Notes: generated by a model from the sequence alone, not told the origin. 64,000 nucleotides of DNA from an uncultured virus (IMG/VR IMGVR_UViG_3300015607_000776) (IMGVR_UViG_3300015607_000776); one strand, 5' to 3'; shown: positions 44,955 through 54,265, counted from the first letter of the stretch. Made by a program: numbers and translations.

Positions 44955-45980
44955 TTAATGCTTATGGGAACTAACATCTCCTACTCTACCACCTATTCCG
45001 GCATATGGAGAGGAACTTTTGTTCTTAATTCCTACTGACGTAATCTTTTTCTTGTCTCCATTGTGGTGGTGAGCATAAACGTTAAATGATGAACCGACGT
45101 GTTCCGCCTCATACTTCTTGACGGTCTTATGTTGTTCATCAAAATCCTTTGTAGGATTTGTTATGTGTGTAGTCCCTCTGTGTGCATCATAAGATGCTCT
45201 ATAAGGTTTGATAGTCGGACTCTTTTCTGCATCGATCATCTTTCTAATAAAGTCCGCTTTTTCGTGGTGCTTTAGTTTGTTGAATGAATCGGAATAATGT
45301 CCCGCGAGTTTTCTGTGCAACTCTTTCGAGTTTACCAATGAGGAAATTTTACCTTTATGTTTTTCAGGTAATGCTTTAAATGCAGCATGTTTGGATTTAT
45401 CTGATCCATTGCCTACCAAGTGACCAACTTGTTGCTCAACGTGATCTTTATGTTCTCCCATAGAACGGTATACAAATCCATGACTAGCTTTCAATGATTT
45501 GTTCAAGTCATTAATTCCAGGTGATCTTAGTGATGGTTTTGAACCAGATGTGGAATATTTGAGACTGAACCCGTGGTGCTTACCCTTATGGGAAACTGTT
45601 ATATCTGCGGTACCTTTGATACCTTCTTTACCAGTCAGTCTTTCCAGGTCCTTTGGTTTAGAGGTCCAATGGACTCTGGCAGTATGATCTAGTTCGTGTC
45701 CCGAATTCTTTAGGTGACCTACGATATGGTGAGCCATACGTCTTGCATGATGGTCGATATGGTCATGCAATTCTTTTCCTAATTTACCATGAAGTTTCTT
45801 GATTGCATGTTTTGGACTATCTCCCGATTCATCCGAGAAATGTTCCGGATAATGATCTTCGGGATGCCCGCCCTTTAGAATGTGTCCGATGTGTTTAGCA
45901 ACATGAATTTCAAAGGCCTTACCTGCTGAATCTCCACCTGATCCAGTCTTGACTTTCATTACCTTCCTACGCAGTTTCAT
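44955..45980 (-). CDS. Putative restriction-like PD-(D/E)xK nuclease, His/Lys-rich
   Basis: GKAFE, TADI, GFSLK; late promoter upstream. Confidence 0.55.
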   Translation of the reverse strand: MKLRRKVMKVKTGSGGDSAGKAFEIHVAKHIGHILKGGHPEDHYPEHFSDESGDSPKHAIKKLHGKLGKELHDHIDHHARRMAHHIVGHLKNSGHELDHTARVHWTSKPKDLERLTGKEGIKGTADITVSHKGKHHGFSLKYSTSGSKPSLRSPGINDLNKSLKASHGFVYRSMGEHKDHVEQQVGHLVGNGSDKSKHAAFKALPEKHKGKISSLVNSKELHRKLAGHYSDSFNKLKHHEKADFIRKMIDAEKSPTIKPYRASYDAHRGTTHITNPTKDFDEQHKTVKKYEAEHVGSSFNVYAHHHNGDKKKITSVGIKNKSSSPYAGIGGRVGDVSSHKH

Positions 45981-46074
45981 TCAAGTAACCTATTTGTTAT
46001 TTTTATGTTATTTGCATTTTACTAGTGTTTATGATATATATTTAGTATCAGATAAACTGATGGAGGAATATAAC

Positions 46075-46164
46075 ATGAAGACATGGACACAACCACAGGT
46101 TACAGAAACTTCAGTAGGTCTGGAAGTTACTAGTTATCTACCTGCTGATATTGACCTTATCTAA
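46075..46164 (+). CDS. pqqA: PQQ precursor peptide PqqA (29 aa)
   Basis: MKTWTQPQVTETSVGLEVTSYLPADIDLI: W-x-x-P and E-x3-Y; RBS GGAGG. Confidence 0.9.
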   Translation: MKTWTQPQVTETSVGLEVTSYLPADIDLI

Positions 46165-46167
46165 AAG

Positions 46168-46194
46168 AAAAGGGGGAAGAAATTCCCCCTTTTT
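46168..46194. terminator. Bidirectional intrinsic terminator
   Basis: aaaaggggga-agaaat-tccccctttt. Confidence 0.85.
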
Positions 46195-46636
46195 ATTCCT
46201 CGTCAAATTCAACTATGTGCATATTTAGTAATGTTCCGGTTATGTTGATATCCATCGGAAGAGTGGTGCCTTTCTTGAGAGTTATCCTATACTCGTTTCC
46301 TCTCCACATAAAATAGACACATAGGTCATTGTCTTTCAATGATCCAACTGGAATGTTAATATTCTGTTTTTGTTTGGAATCCAGCATCCTGAAGATTGAT
46401 GGTCCTGTTGGTGGCGCCTTGGGTGCTGGTTTGATTATCTCCAGATTTGTTTCTAGAAATTTGTATGCTGAATTTAGGTTCTTGAATAGTTCTGCTGCAT
46501 TGGGATTTTTGTTTGTGTCGGGGTGAAGTTCGATTGCTTTTCTTCGATAGATGGACTTCAATTCATCCTTTGTAACTCTATGATGTATTCCCATCACCTG
46601 CATAGCAAATTGCAAATTCATTCTTCCTTTCCCCAC
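46193..46636 (-). CDS. J-domain protein
   Basis: YRRKAIELHPD. Confidence 0.85.
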   Translation of the reverse strand: MGKGRMNLQFAMQVMGIHHRVTKDELKSIYRRKAIELHPDTNKNPNAAELFKNLNSAYKFLETNLEIIKPAPKAPPTGPSIFRMLDSKQKQNINIPVGSLKDNDLCVYFMWRGNEYRITLKKGTTLPMDINITGTLLNMHIVEFDEE

Positions 46637-46851
46637 TTACCTACTGGACATTCTGCATCTAGAAAGAACGTCTTATAGTCCATGAAGCAACCGCATCTTT
46701 CACACTTTGCTCGTTTTGGGATAAAGTGTTCACATTTCTTGCATATCTTAAGACGCTTCTCGGAAACCTTAGACCTTTTCTTGGATAGGTTCTCCAGTAT
46801 AGGTTTTATTTTCAATTCTGTGCCTTGAGTTTCTTGGTCATTACTCTGCAA
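46618..46851 (-). CDS. Small Zn-binding protein
   Basis: RLKICKKC...CERCGCFM...CPVGKW. Confidence 0.7.
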   Translation of the reverse strand: MQSNDQETQGTELKIKPILENLSKKRSKVSEKRLKICKKCEHFIPKRAKCERCGCFMDYKTFFLDAECPVGKWGKEE

Positions 46852-47081
46852 GCCTGTCTCAGCTTGCTGTAATCGGTAATCATTGCAGTTACCTGGGCAT
46901 CACTTGGCATTATTTTGATTTCTGCAGCTGCTCTTTCCAACTGAGATTTTGTGTAATTCTGAAGGACAGGGCACTTCGTAAGAACTAGATTAACCTGCTT
47001 TTGAGAAGGTGGTTTGATTGAAGCAGTAGCACAACCACCTAGTAGTAATGCCGCAAGTGTAACTGTCATAATTCTATACAT
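46812..47081 (-). CDS. Lipoprotein, probable o-spanin
   Basis: Lipobox LLGG|C; Cys pair. Confidence 0.65.
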   Translation of the reverse strand: MYRIMTVTLAALLLGGCATASIKPPSQKQVNLVLTKCPVLQNYTKSQLERAAAEIKIMPSDAQVTAMITDYSKLRQACRVMTKKLKAQN

Positions 47082-47093
47082 TCCATCCCCCTA

Positions 47094-47564
47094 TTATGAT
47101 GTTGGAAACTTTGGTAGTTTGTGTTTACCTGAGAGCAATTGACCTCTGAATCTCTGTAGGTTCTCTTTTTCTTGAGGTGTCTTATCTGTATTATGTATCA
47201 TACCTGTGACACCAGTTGCTGCCATTGCACTTCTAACTGGATTTGGTAATGAATGTCCTACTGCTCTTTTGACATTCCTACCAACTGTTTTCACTCTTGA
47301 TACGATACTTTCATTCATTTCCACTTTCTTCAATCTTGTGTAATAGTCTGGTAACTCCCACAAATGATGCAGTGCAATGTGTGTCGCTGTTTCATTATCT
47401 GTTGTGTGTTCGTGCTCAACCTTGATACCTTTTTCAAGTTGTTTGTGTATTTGTTCCAGTGAGACACCATGCTTTTTAGCAATTTCTTCCGGTGTCTTCA
47501 CTGGCTTCAAAATCGACTTTTGGCACGCTTCACTTAGGTTATTGAATGACTTGTAGGATAGCAT
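47094..47564 (-). CDS. Probable internal protein
   Basis: CTS-like start; GIKVEHEHT...HL.E.PDYYTRL. Confidence 0.65.
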   Translation of the reverse strand: MLSYKSFNNLSEACQKSILKPVKTPEEIAKKHGVSLEQIHKQLEKGIKVEHEHTTDNETATHIALHHLWELPDYYTRLKKVEMNESIVSRVKTVGRNVKRAVGHSLPNPVRSAMAATGVTGMIHNTDKTPQEKENLQRFRGQLLSGKHKLPKFPTS

Positions 47565-47791
47565 TAAAAAGTTCCGTCTTCAAGTTTCTTTATTGTTTCT
47601 TCTTTAGACTGGTTTTGTGCTAGAATTTCAGTTTGTTGTCTGTTAATTTCTATTTCATCTTTAGCACGATCTGCTTGCTCAAGTGTTCTACCTTGGTTAA
47701 TTAGCTCCTGAGTTTTAATAGCATCAAAGACTTTAAGGAGTCCTTGAACTACTCCACTCAGAAGACCTAGTATTACAGATAACCAAGACAT
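47564..47791 (-). CDS. Membrane protein, possible i-spanin
   Basis: N-terminal hydrophobic helix plus coiled coil. Confidence 0.5.
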   Translation of the reverse strand: MSWLSVILGLLSGVVQGLLKVFDAIKTQELINQGRTLEQADRAKDEIEINRQQTEILAQNQSKEETIKKLEDGTF

Positions 47792-47795
47792 TCAA

Positions 47796-48092
47796 TTAAA
47801 CCTTTGGTGTAGTTGTATCAGTTGGCTTAGCAACTGGTCCAGCTGTTCCTGGAGGTGTAGTTGTGATTGTGCGTAGTAGTGCCATAACAATAGCAGAACC
47901 TAGAGCAACTAGACCAGCCTGTGGATTATCGAATAATGCATTCCAATCTGTCATTTCAAGAATACCGAATGTAGCGACCATAAAGGAAATGATATATGTT
48001 CTCCAACCAACTAGCATATGTTTTACTCCTAATTTATTAATGTGATCCCATATTGGATCATCTATATTTATATCTTTAAGTAGTCTAGTCAT
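47796..48092 (-). CDS. Holin-like membrane protein
   Basis: GWRT, two TMs, LR.ITT.P; start probably at MLVGW. Confidence 0.55.
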   Translation of the reverse strand: MTRLLKDINIDDPIWDHINKLGVKHMLVGWRTYIISFMVATFGILEMTDWNALFDNPQAGLVALGSAIVMALLRTITTTPPGTAGPVAKPTDTTTPKV

Positions 48093-48117
48093 AAAAAATG
48101 GGGGATTTCTCCCCCAT
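48093..48117 (-). terminator. Intrinsic terminator
   Basis: atggggga-gaaa-tcccccat then T-tract. Confidence 0.85.
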
Positions 48118-48140
48118 TAGTATTAAGAACTTCTGATTTA

Positions 48141-49292
48141 TTATTCAGAAGGTGGTGTTTCTGCAACTGGTGCTGCTTCTTCTGCTGGTGCTTCTGGTTC
48201 AGCGGTTACTTCTGGTGCTGATTCAAAAGCTGATGAAACTGAGTCGAGAACTGTTGCTGCGTCTGTACCTGCAGCTTCTGCTGCTACTGGATCTGTCACA
48301 ACTGTTACGTCGGTCTGACCTTCATCGGTAGGAATTACTGTGGTTGCAACTTCACCTTCAGAAGTAGGAATGTTTACTGCTGGGTCTGCTACAACTTCTG
48401 CTGGTGTTGCTTCAACTGCATCAACAACTGCTGGTGCTGCTTCTTCAACTGTCACAGAAAGCTGTGGTTCAGGTGATGCTGGGTCAACTGTTTCCACCTT
48501 TGGTTCAACTGTTGCTTCAACAACTGGTGGTAGAACTGCTGGCATTGTAACTTCAACGGTTGGTACTGTTGGGTTATCTGCGTTTAGAACTACTGTGTGT
48601 GTATCAGGTGTTTCGGCTACTGCTGCTGCAAGTGAATCGGTTGACGACTTAAGGTCTGACACAAGTGCATCTAGTGCAGATGTATCAATTGGTGGCTCGC
48701 TAACTTTTGATGCTAGCTCGGCAGAGATAGATTCAAGTTCAGCTGTTACCTTGTGAATAAGTGCAACTGCTGATTCGTGAACTGTCTTTACACGACTGAC
48801 TTCAGCGGTTAGTGCTTCTAGGTTAAGTGCCATGTCGATTGTCCTCTCTTGTAAGTATTGAATTTGGTCTACTAGTGTGTTTAACTTTTCCATTGTTGCT
48901 ACATGCAAACTTGCCATTAGTGTAGCATCTCCGGAAGGTGGAGTATGAGATATTTCCATTCTGATAACTGCATCAGATTCATAGTCATCTTCAAAATCAT
49001 CTTCCTGATGGAATTCACTTGTATTTATGATTACAGGTGGAGTTTCAGGTTGTGGTGGTTCTTCTATGTTGAAAGGAATCTGATCTGCTACTTGGTCATG
49101 TCCATGACCTCTTCTTTTATTCTTAGGTTTTGCTACGATGTAAAGTGTTTTCTTCATGGTGTTTACGACCTTGGAAAAGAATGCTGCGATTATAGAAAAT
49201 AAATCTGTGAAGAAACGCATGAATAGTTTCCTTTGCCACACAAAGAAAGATAACCAAAATGTGACAACCTGCTTTGTTCTCTTTTCGTCCAT
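48141..49292 (-). CDS. Acidic Ala/Pro/Glu-rich late protein
   Basis: Coiled coil then low-complexity tail; start uncertain. Confidence 0.65.
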   Translation of the reverse strand: MDEKRTKQVVTFWLSFFVWQRKLFMRFFTDLFSIIAAFFSKVVNTMKKTLYIVAKPKNKRRGHGHDQVADQIPFNIEEPPQPETPPVIINTSEFHQEDDFEDDYESDAVIRMEISHTPPSGDATLMASLHVATMEKLNTLVDQIQYLQERTIDMALNLEALTAEVSRVKTVHESAVALIHKVTAELESISAELASKVSEPPIDTSALDALVSDLKSSTDSLAAAVAETPDTHTVVLNADNPTVPTVEVTMPAVLPPVVEATVEPKVETVDPASPEPQLSVTVEEAAPAVVDAVEATPAEVVADPAVNIPTSEGEVATTVIPTDEGQTDVTVVTDPVAAEAAGTDAATVLDSVSSAFESAPEVTAEPEAPAEEAAPVAETPPSE

Positions 49293-49354
49293 TTCGGCCT
49301 CTGTGAGGTTAACTAACCTCGCGAAAGTATTTATAACACCAGAGTATTGGGCCT

Positions 49355-49386
49355 AAAAAAAAGGTGGAGAAAATCTCCACCTTTTA
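49355..49386. terminator. Intrinsic terminator
   Basis: aaaaggtggaga-aaa-tctccacctttt. Confidence 0.85.
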
Positions 49387-49564
49387 GCTAAAATTTCAGT
49401 CTTTTTTCTAGTTCACGTTTGGCATATCTCAAGTCATTTATCTGTGTATGCCTATACTGTAACTTCTGTTTTAGTGTTAGGTTTTCCTCTCTAAGTTGTT
49501 GTACTTCATCATGTAGATTCCTAACAAGTTTAACCACCGTCTTTAGCATATAGTTCCCTTTTAG

Positions 49565-50038
49565 TTATTTCTTGGGGTCGGGAAGTCTTGATATTTTTGT
49601 TCCCTCAAGAGAAAGTGAATACATGAGTCCTTTGTTATCGAATACGAATGCAATAACGGAATCTTTGATGTTTTCCGTATCTAGTTTTGCACCTGCACCT
49701 AATGTGATAACCGCAACCGATGCATCAACTCCTATCTTCCAACCTTCAGAATATTTAAACTCTTTCAAAGCATTCTCAGTTAGGAATACAATAATGGTTG
49801 AATATGATTGTATACCCAATTGAAAACCAAATGAAGCGGAGATTAACTCGTAATAACTATCAATCTCCTTATTCACTACAAGTGCACCAGCACCATATTG
49901 TCCACCAAAACCGAAAAGACCTGCCTTGATGATTTCTGGAAATACTAGTACACCTGCTGCATCAACAATGAGTTTTTCGCCACCACCCGTAAAGCCATAA
50001 AACTTATTGAGTGTTTCTGTTACACTAGTCGATGCCAT
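49565..50038 (-). CDS. SYLF/Ysc84 lipid-binding domain protein
   Basis: GVLVFP.I.KAG..FGGQYG.G, S.GFQLG, KGLM..LSLEG.KI. Confidence 0.85.
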   Translation of the reverse strand: MASTSVTETLNKFYGFTGGGEKLIVDAAGVLVFPEIIKAGLFGFGGQYGAGALVVNKEIDSYYELISASFGFQLGIQSYSTIIVFLTENALKEFKYSEGWKIGVDASVAVITLGAGAKLDTENIKDSVIAFVFDNKGLMYSLSLEGTKISRLPDPKK

Positions 50039-50049
50039 TTTGGCCCCCG

Positions 50050-50418
50050 TTATTTATTTTTGCCTTTACCCTTTTCATCAATTACTGCACTCAAGTTATC
50101 AGTAGTTTCCTTGAGTTTTGAAGTCAAATTATCCACTTCTGCCGTAGCTGCTGCCACGTCAGTTTCACTTGATACAATACCTGCTGCTAATTGACCTTTT
50201 ACTTCCGAGAGACCATTACTTAATTCTTCGATGCGCTGTTTGAGTGAATCAAGTTCCTCAGAAAATTTCTGTTTGTATCCCTTGAGCTCTGCAACGTCTT
50301 CTCTTGTTTGAGTAGTTGGTTTCTTGTCCTTATCAAGTTTGATAGATTCACCGCCAACAATAAACCTCAAGTCTTGCATTTCTGCTCTAAGAGCAATGAT
50401 TTCGTCATAGTCAGACAT
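50050..50418 (-). CDS. Coiled-coil protein
   Basis: RBS GAGGAGG; late promoter-like CTAAATA. Confidence 0.65.
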   Translation of the reverse strand: MSDYDEIIALRAEMQDLRFIVGGESIKLDKDKKPTTQTREDVAELKGYKQKFSEELDSLKQRIEELSNGLSEVKGQLAAGIVSSETDVAAATAEVDNLTSKLKETTDNLSAVIDEKGKGKNK

Positions 50419-50456
50419 TTCTAAACACCTCCTCGTTTAACGATAGAAGTATTTAG

Positions 50457-51254
50457 TTATCTCACCTTTACGATTGCTCCAATATGTACCATAGATGCAA
50501 GATGCAATGCGTGTTCATTATACATGCGAATACACCCGGAACTTACTGCCTTGCCGATACTTCTGGGATCATTTGTTCCGTGAATACGGTATTCTGTGTT
50601 TCCCAAATAGATTGCAACTGCACCAAGAGGATTGCGGGGCCCACCAGGTACTGATACAGGAAGGTCTGGTTGTCTTGCTCTCATTGCTGCTGGTGGTGTC
50701 CATGTTGGCCAGTCAACAACCTTTGTGATTGGTTGTTCACCGTGCCAAGCAAACCCTTCTCTACCTACTGCAATAGGATATTCAAATGCCATATCCTGAT
50801 CTAGAATGTAATAGAGTTTCTTCCTATTGGTCATAATGATAACAGTACCTTCTGTTTCATCGTTTTCAAAAGGAACTAACTCTGGTTCCATTCTTTGAGG
50901 TTCATAACTTTCAAAATGCTTCTTGAAGTTTCTGCTACCAGGAGCATATAGGTATAACTGACCTTCTGGAATCTCACGATGATACCTTGGTTCAATATAA
51001 ATTCTTGGTTGCCAAGGTCGTGCTGAGTATCCAAAAATTCGAGGGTTCCAGTAGAAACCACTAGAACCCCCATGATCATCCCAACGATCATCCCATCCTC
51101 GATAATGCATTCCTTGAGCATAGGATGCAATCGTTGAAATTAAGAGAGCAAGCAATGCAATTAAAACAACTGCAAAGATCGTCCCAAAATATTTGTTTTC
51201 AATTTTCATTTCCGTTCCTTTCGATTTCCCATGCCCAGGATTTTTGAATTGCAT
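50457..51254 (-). CDS. L,D-transpeptidase (YkuD/ErfK family)
   Basis: YPIAVG, NPLG, RIHGT, SSGCIRM; signal peptide. Confidence 0.9.
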   Translation of the reverse strand: MQFKNPGHGKSKGTEMKIENKYFGTIFAVVLIALLALLISTIASYAQGMHYRGWDDRWDDHGGSSGFYWNPRIFGYSARPWQPRIYIEPRYHREIPEGQLYLYAPGSRNFKKHFESYEPQRMEPELVPFENDETEGTVIIMTNRKKLYYILDQDMAFEYPIAVGREGFAWHGEQPITKVVDWPTWTPPAAMRARQPDLPVSVPGGPRNPLGAVAIYLGNTEYRIHGTNDPRSIGKAVSSGCIRMYNEHALHLASMVHIGAIVKVR

Positions 51255-51498
51255 CTGTTACAAACTGTTTAAACTCTTCCGGATCCATAAGTCCTTCAAG
51301 AATATCTTGAACACTCTGCATTAGATCATTACCTACTTTATAGGAAAATAAAGCATCCTTAGATATGTCACCACCGAAATTCTTCCTCTTGAATTTAATA
51401 TCTTCATCAAGGAGTCTCTTATGAAGTTCCTTCAGGTAAGAAACAACAATTGTTTCCACCTTTGCTGAATCGACTTCAACCTCTAACTTAAATTCCAT
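51199..51498 (-). CDS. Hypothetical protein
   Basis: RBS GGAG. Confidence 0.55.
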   Translation of the reverse strand: MEFKLEVEVDSAKVETIVVSYLKELHKRLLDEDIKFKRKNFGGDISKDALFSYKVGNDLMQSVQDILEGLMDPEEFKQFVTDAIQKSWAWEIERNGNEN

Positions 51499-51506
51499 TA
51501 TGTCTC

Positions 51507-51980
51507 CTATGCATAGATGCTCTTTACTCTTAGCAACCTGTCAGCTGCGTAAGATGCTGCAAATGCTTCAGGCTTCACAAATGGAACGACGTTGCAAGTA
51601 CCCTTGATGTAACCAATTGCCTGGTCAATAACCAGGTTTGAAGCGTGCTTCTTATCTGGATTCAAGTCAAGATGTACTTCGATTTCCTTGTCTGTCAACT
51701 GAGCAAGAGTTAGGTACAATTCAGATACCTTATAAACTTCATTCATCAAACGTAAGTTTGGTTTCTTCTTGTTTGGAGTAAAGTCCACTTCAGTTTCGAT
51801 CTGACCAAAAATTTTGCAGCCATGAGCGCAATCTTTGTGGACAACGATCACACTATAAAAGTCTGCCATCCACTTGCCATGTCTCTTGTATGCAGTTGAG
51901 TCGCAACCAATGTAAATCTTACTTGTGTCGCTTGTTTCTGCAAGGAATTTTTCTATTTCTACAAAGTTAAATTTTCTCAT
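51507..51980 (-). CDS. RNase H-like YkuK family protein
   Basis: IYIGCDS, RLMNEV, EVHLD.N, KP.AFAAS..AD. Confidence 0.8.
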   Translation of the reverse strand: MRKFNFVEIEKFLAETSDTSKIYIGCDSTAYKRHGKWMADFYSVIVVHKDCAHGCKIFGQIETEVDFTPNKKKPNLRLMNEVYKVSELYLTLAQLTDKEIEVHLDLNPDKKHASNLVIDQAIGYIKGTCNVVPFVKPEAFAASYAADRLLRVKSIYA

Positions 51981-52104
51981 TTGTGAATTTCCTTCACTTA
52001 TATTTCCGTACTATTAACCCTGGCACAACCATCTATTATTCCTAAGATAGCAAAGAAAGTAAAAAATGCCAGGACTAATTTACCCATTTTTTACTTTCTT
52101 GAAT

Positions 52105-52197
52105 TGGTAGGCGTTAAGGGTGCTGCCCCCTTCCGTGAACGGTAATCTGCCGCCTAAGGGATTATAAGTTCCTCCCGCACAGCTGGTGCTAACGCCT
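52105..52197 (-). tRNA. tRNA with UAU anticodon (Ile), long variable arm, atypical T-loop
   Basis: Loop CTTATAA; T-loop GGCAGCA; CCA. Confidence 0.7.
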
Positions 52198-52207
52198 ATT
52201 ATTTCAT

Positions 52208-52789
52208 CTATTTAGTTCTTTGTTTGATAAATTGTGCCAACTCTTCCCAAGAAAGCGGTTGCATGTTAGTTTTCTCAACACAAACGTTTAAATACCAAGG
52301 ATCATTAATTTCCTTTTCATGTATATGACCATGGACATTAAACAATCTAGCTGCATTACCATTATTACCAGGATGCAATGGAAAATGCGAAAAGATTGTT
52401 GGTGCCGCAAAATCACTCTTAAACCTTCTTGATACCAAAATCTTGTCAAATGAATCAACCATTTCTTGTTTATCCATTTGGTCATCGTGGTTTCCCAAAA
52501 TTAACCTGATTTTTCCATGGAGTCTTTTTGCATAACTAATATCTCCAAAGTCACCAAGATGATACACCTTATCTCCTGGTTTGATAACAGAATTCCACAT
52601 TTCAACAATGTGTTCATCGTGGTGTTTAATGTCTCTGAAGTTTACTTCCTCAAAACCACCATCTTCTTTTCTTCTAATAAAACTACCTCTAAATGCTCTA
52701 CCGGTGGCACTAGTAAATTTGATGATATTAGAATGTCCGAAGTGAGTATCTGAAATTACCCATTTATTTACCACTTTTATCTCCGTCAA
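52208..52789 (-). CDS. Calcineurin-like phosphoesterase
   Basis: SDTHFGH, HLGD, GNHD, HGHIH. Confidence 0.9.
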   Translation of the reverse strand: MTEIKVVNKWVISDTHFGHSNIIKFTSATGRAFRGSFIRRKEDGGFEEVNFRDIKHHDEHIVEMWNSVIKPGDKVYHLGDFGDISYAKRLHGKIRLILGNHDDQMDKQEMVDSFDKILVSRRFKSDFAAPTIFSHFPLHPGNNGNAARLFNVHGHIHEKEINDPWYLNVCVEKTNMQPLSWEELAQFIKQRTK

Positions 52790-53024
52790 CTGTAATTTGG
52801 AACAAAAGTTTTGGCGTTCTCATAAAGAAAGTGTGTCTATAACACTCAATATTGTAAGTACCATCTGCTTTTGTTACGTGATCCCTGCCACCCATTGAAT
52901 GACAACGACCGATCTGATCATATACTTTCATGGGAGTATGAGTACCCAACATTGCTGTTAGGCCTAACATAAACACCGATATGAGAATGCCCAAAGCAAA
53001 AAGTGCTGAAACTACGTCTTTCAT
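52764..53024 (-). CDS. Single-TM protein
   Basis: N-terminal TM, C...GG...C. Confidence 0.55.
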   Translation of the reverse strand: MKDVVSALFALGILISVFMLGLTAMLGTHTPMKVYDQIGRCHSMGGRDHVTKADGTYNIECYRHTFFMRTPKLLFQITVDGDKSGK

Positions 53025-53830
53025 ACTTCAAAAAACCTTTCTGGATCCTTTCCAAATGCTTTAGCAGATTCCTCATAACCATCATATCCACGGGCATTGC
53101 TCACCACTTTTGTAGAACCAAATTCCAGTTCAGTTCTAATGTGAGTATGACCAAATACCCAATACTTGATCTGAGGATGGTCAATAATGTACTGCTCAAG
53201 ATTGGAATAATAACCATGATCAATAGAGTTGCCTGAATGAATTGGGTTGACACCTTTACCTGTTGGTGAATGGTGTGTTGCAACAATCACATTCTTGTCT
53301 TTGTATTTCTCAAGGTTTTCAGTGATAAATTTCATTGTCTTATTGTGGTATATAATGGCATCTTCTGGAGTCCAAATACCATCTTCACCTTTATAGATGA
53401 TACGAAAATCGTTCATTCCATGACCAACATTTAGTATAGTCAATGGATCACTTCTATTCATATCAGTCCATAGAGTACCACCCATCAGGACAGTGTCTTC
53501 ATCAATTTCATGGACAGAATCATCAACATGAATAACACCAGGAAGGTACTTATCGATATATTCCTTTTCAAGATCGATCCTGAAATTATATGACTCATGG
53601 TTTCCTGTTAGGTAGAACACCTTTTTGAAATTCTCTTGAACCATATTAAAGAATGTGAGAGTCCTATCCCTAATTTTTCGGTTACCCGAGTCTGTCATAT
53701 ATGGGTTTAGTGCTCTAAGGACTGTAATATCTCCAGCAAGAATTAGATTGTCACCTGTCATACCCATGAAAGTGGGGTGGACCATTCCGAATTCAAGATG
53801 CAAGTCAGATACATAATGAAACTTGTTCAT
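53021..53830 (-). CDS. Metallophosphoesterase
   Basis: SDLHLE, LAGD, GNHE, THHSP, GHTH. Confidence 0.9.
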   Translation of the reverse strand: MNKFHYVSDLHLEFGMVHPTFMGMTGDNLILAGDITVLRALNPYMTDSGNRKIRDRTLTFFNMVQENFKKVFYLTGNHESYNFRIDLEKEYIDKYLPGVIHVDDSVHEIDEDTVLMGGTLWTDMNRSDPLTILNVGHGMNDFRIIYKGEDGIWTPEDAIIYHNKTMKFITENLEKYKDKNVIVATHHSPTGKGVNPIHSGNSIDHGYYSNLEQYIIDHPQIKYWVFGHTHIRTELEFGSTKVVSNARGYDGYEESAKAFGKDPERFFEV

Positions 53831-53831
53831 A

Positions 53832-54110
53832 TTATTTTCCTGTTAGTAAATTGTGATTCCATTTCTCCAAAACAAATTCCGGAGATTCTAATTTATCTTT
53901 TGCTAGGCAGACTGCGACCAATTCACCAATTTCACCATTGGGTAAAACCAATGCATATGATCCACGCTTCTCAGCACAAATTCTCATTGTTTCATTTATT
54001 CTTGCTTTCGTCGCTTCGTCACCATCATTATTTCGCAACCAAATAGTTCCTGAAACAATAACAACTGCACCAACTAAAGCAGTAATTACAACGTCACCTA
54101 ATGTTCTCAT
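53832..54110 (-). CDS. Single-TM protein
   Basis: N-terminal TM, Cys pair. Confidence 0.55.
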   Translation of the reverse strand: MRTLGDVVITALVGAVVIVSGTIWLRNNDGDEATKARINETMRICAEKRGSYALVLPNGEIGELVAVCLAKDKLESPEFVLEKWNHNLLTGK

Positions 54111-54143
54111 TTCTTTTTCCTCTAAGCATCTTTATTTAACATT

Positions 54144-54182
54144 TGGAGCGGGTAGCCGGAATCGAACCGGTCCTCTACAGCT
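54144..54182 (-). pseudogene. 3' half of disrupted tRNA-Gly
   Basis: AGCTGT-AGAGG-ACCGGTTCGATTCCGGC-TACCCGC-T-CCA. Confidence 0.9.
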
Positions 54183-54189
54183 AAATTTT

Positions 54190-54265
54190 TGGAGCGGACG
54201 GCCGGTAACGCTCCGGTCCTCTCTTGATTGGAAGTCAAGGGCGCATCTGTCTACACCACATCCGC
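54190..54265 (-). tRNA. tRNA-Gly(UCC), divergent replacement copy
   Basis: Loop CTTCCAA; U73; T-loop AGCGTTA; CCA. Confidence 0.85.

Noticed and set aside
45949..46074. 71-aa extended version of the pqqA ORF
   Set aside because: RBS and peptide family length support the ATG at 46075.
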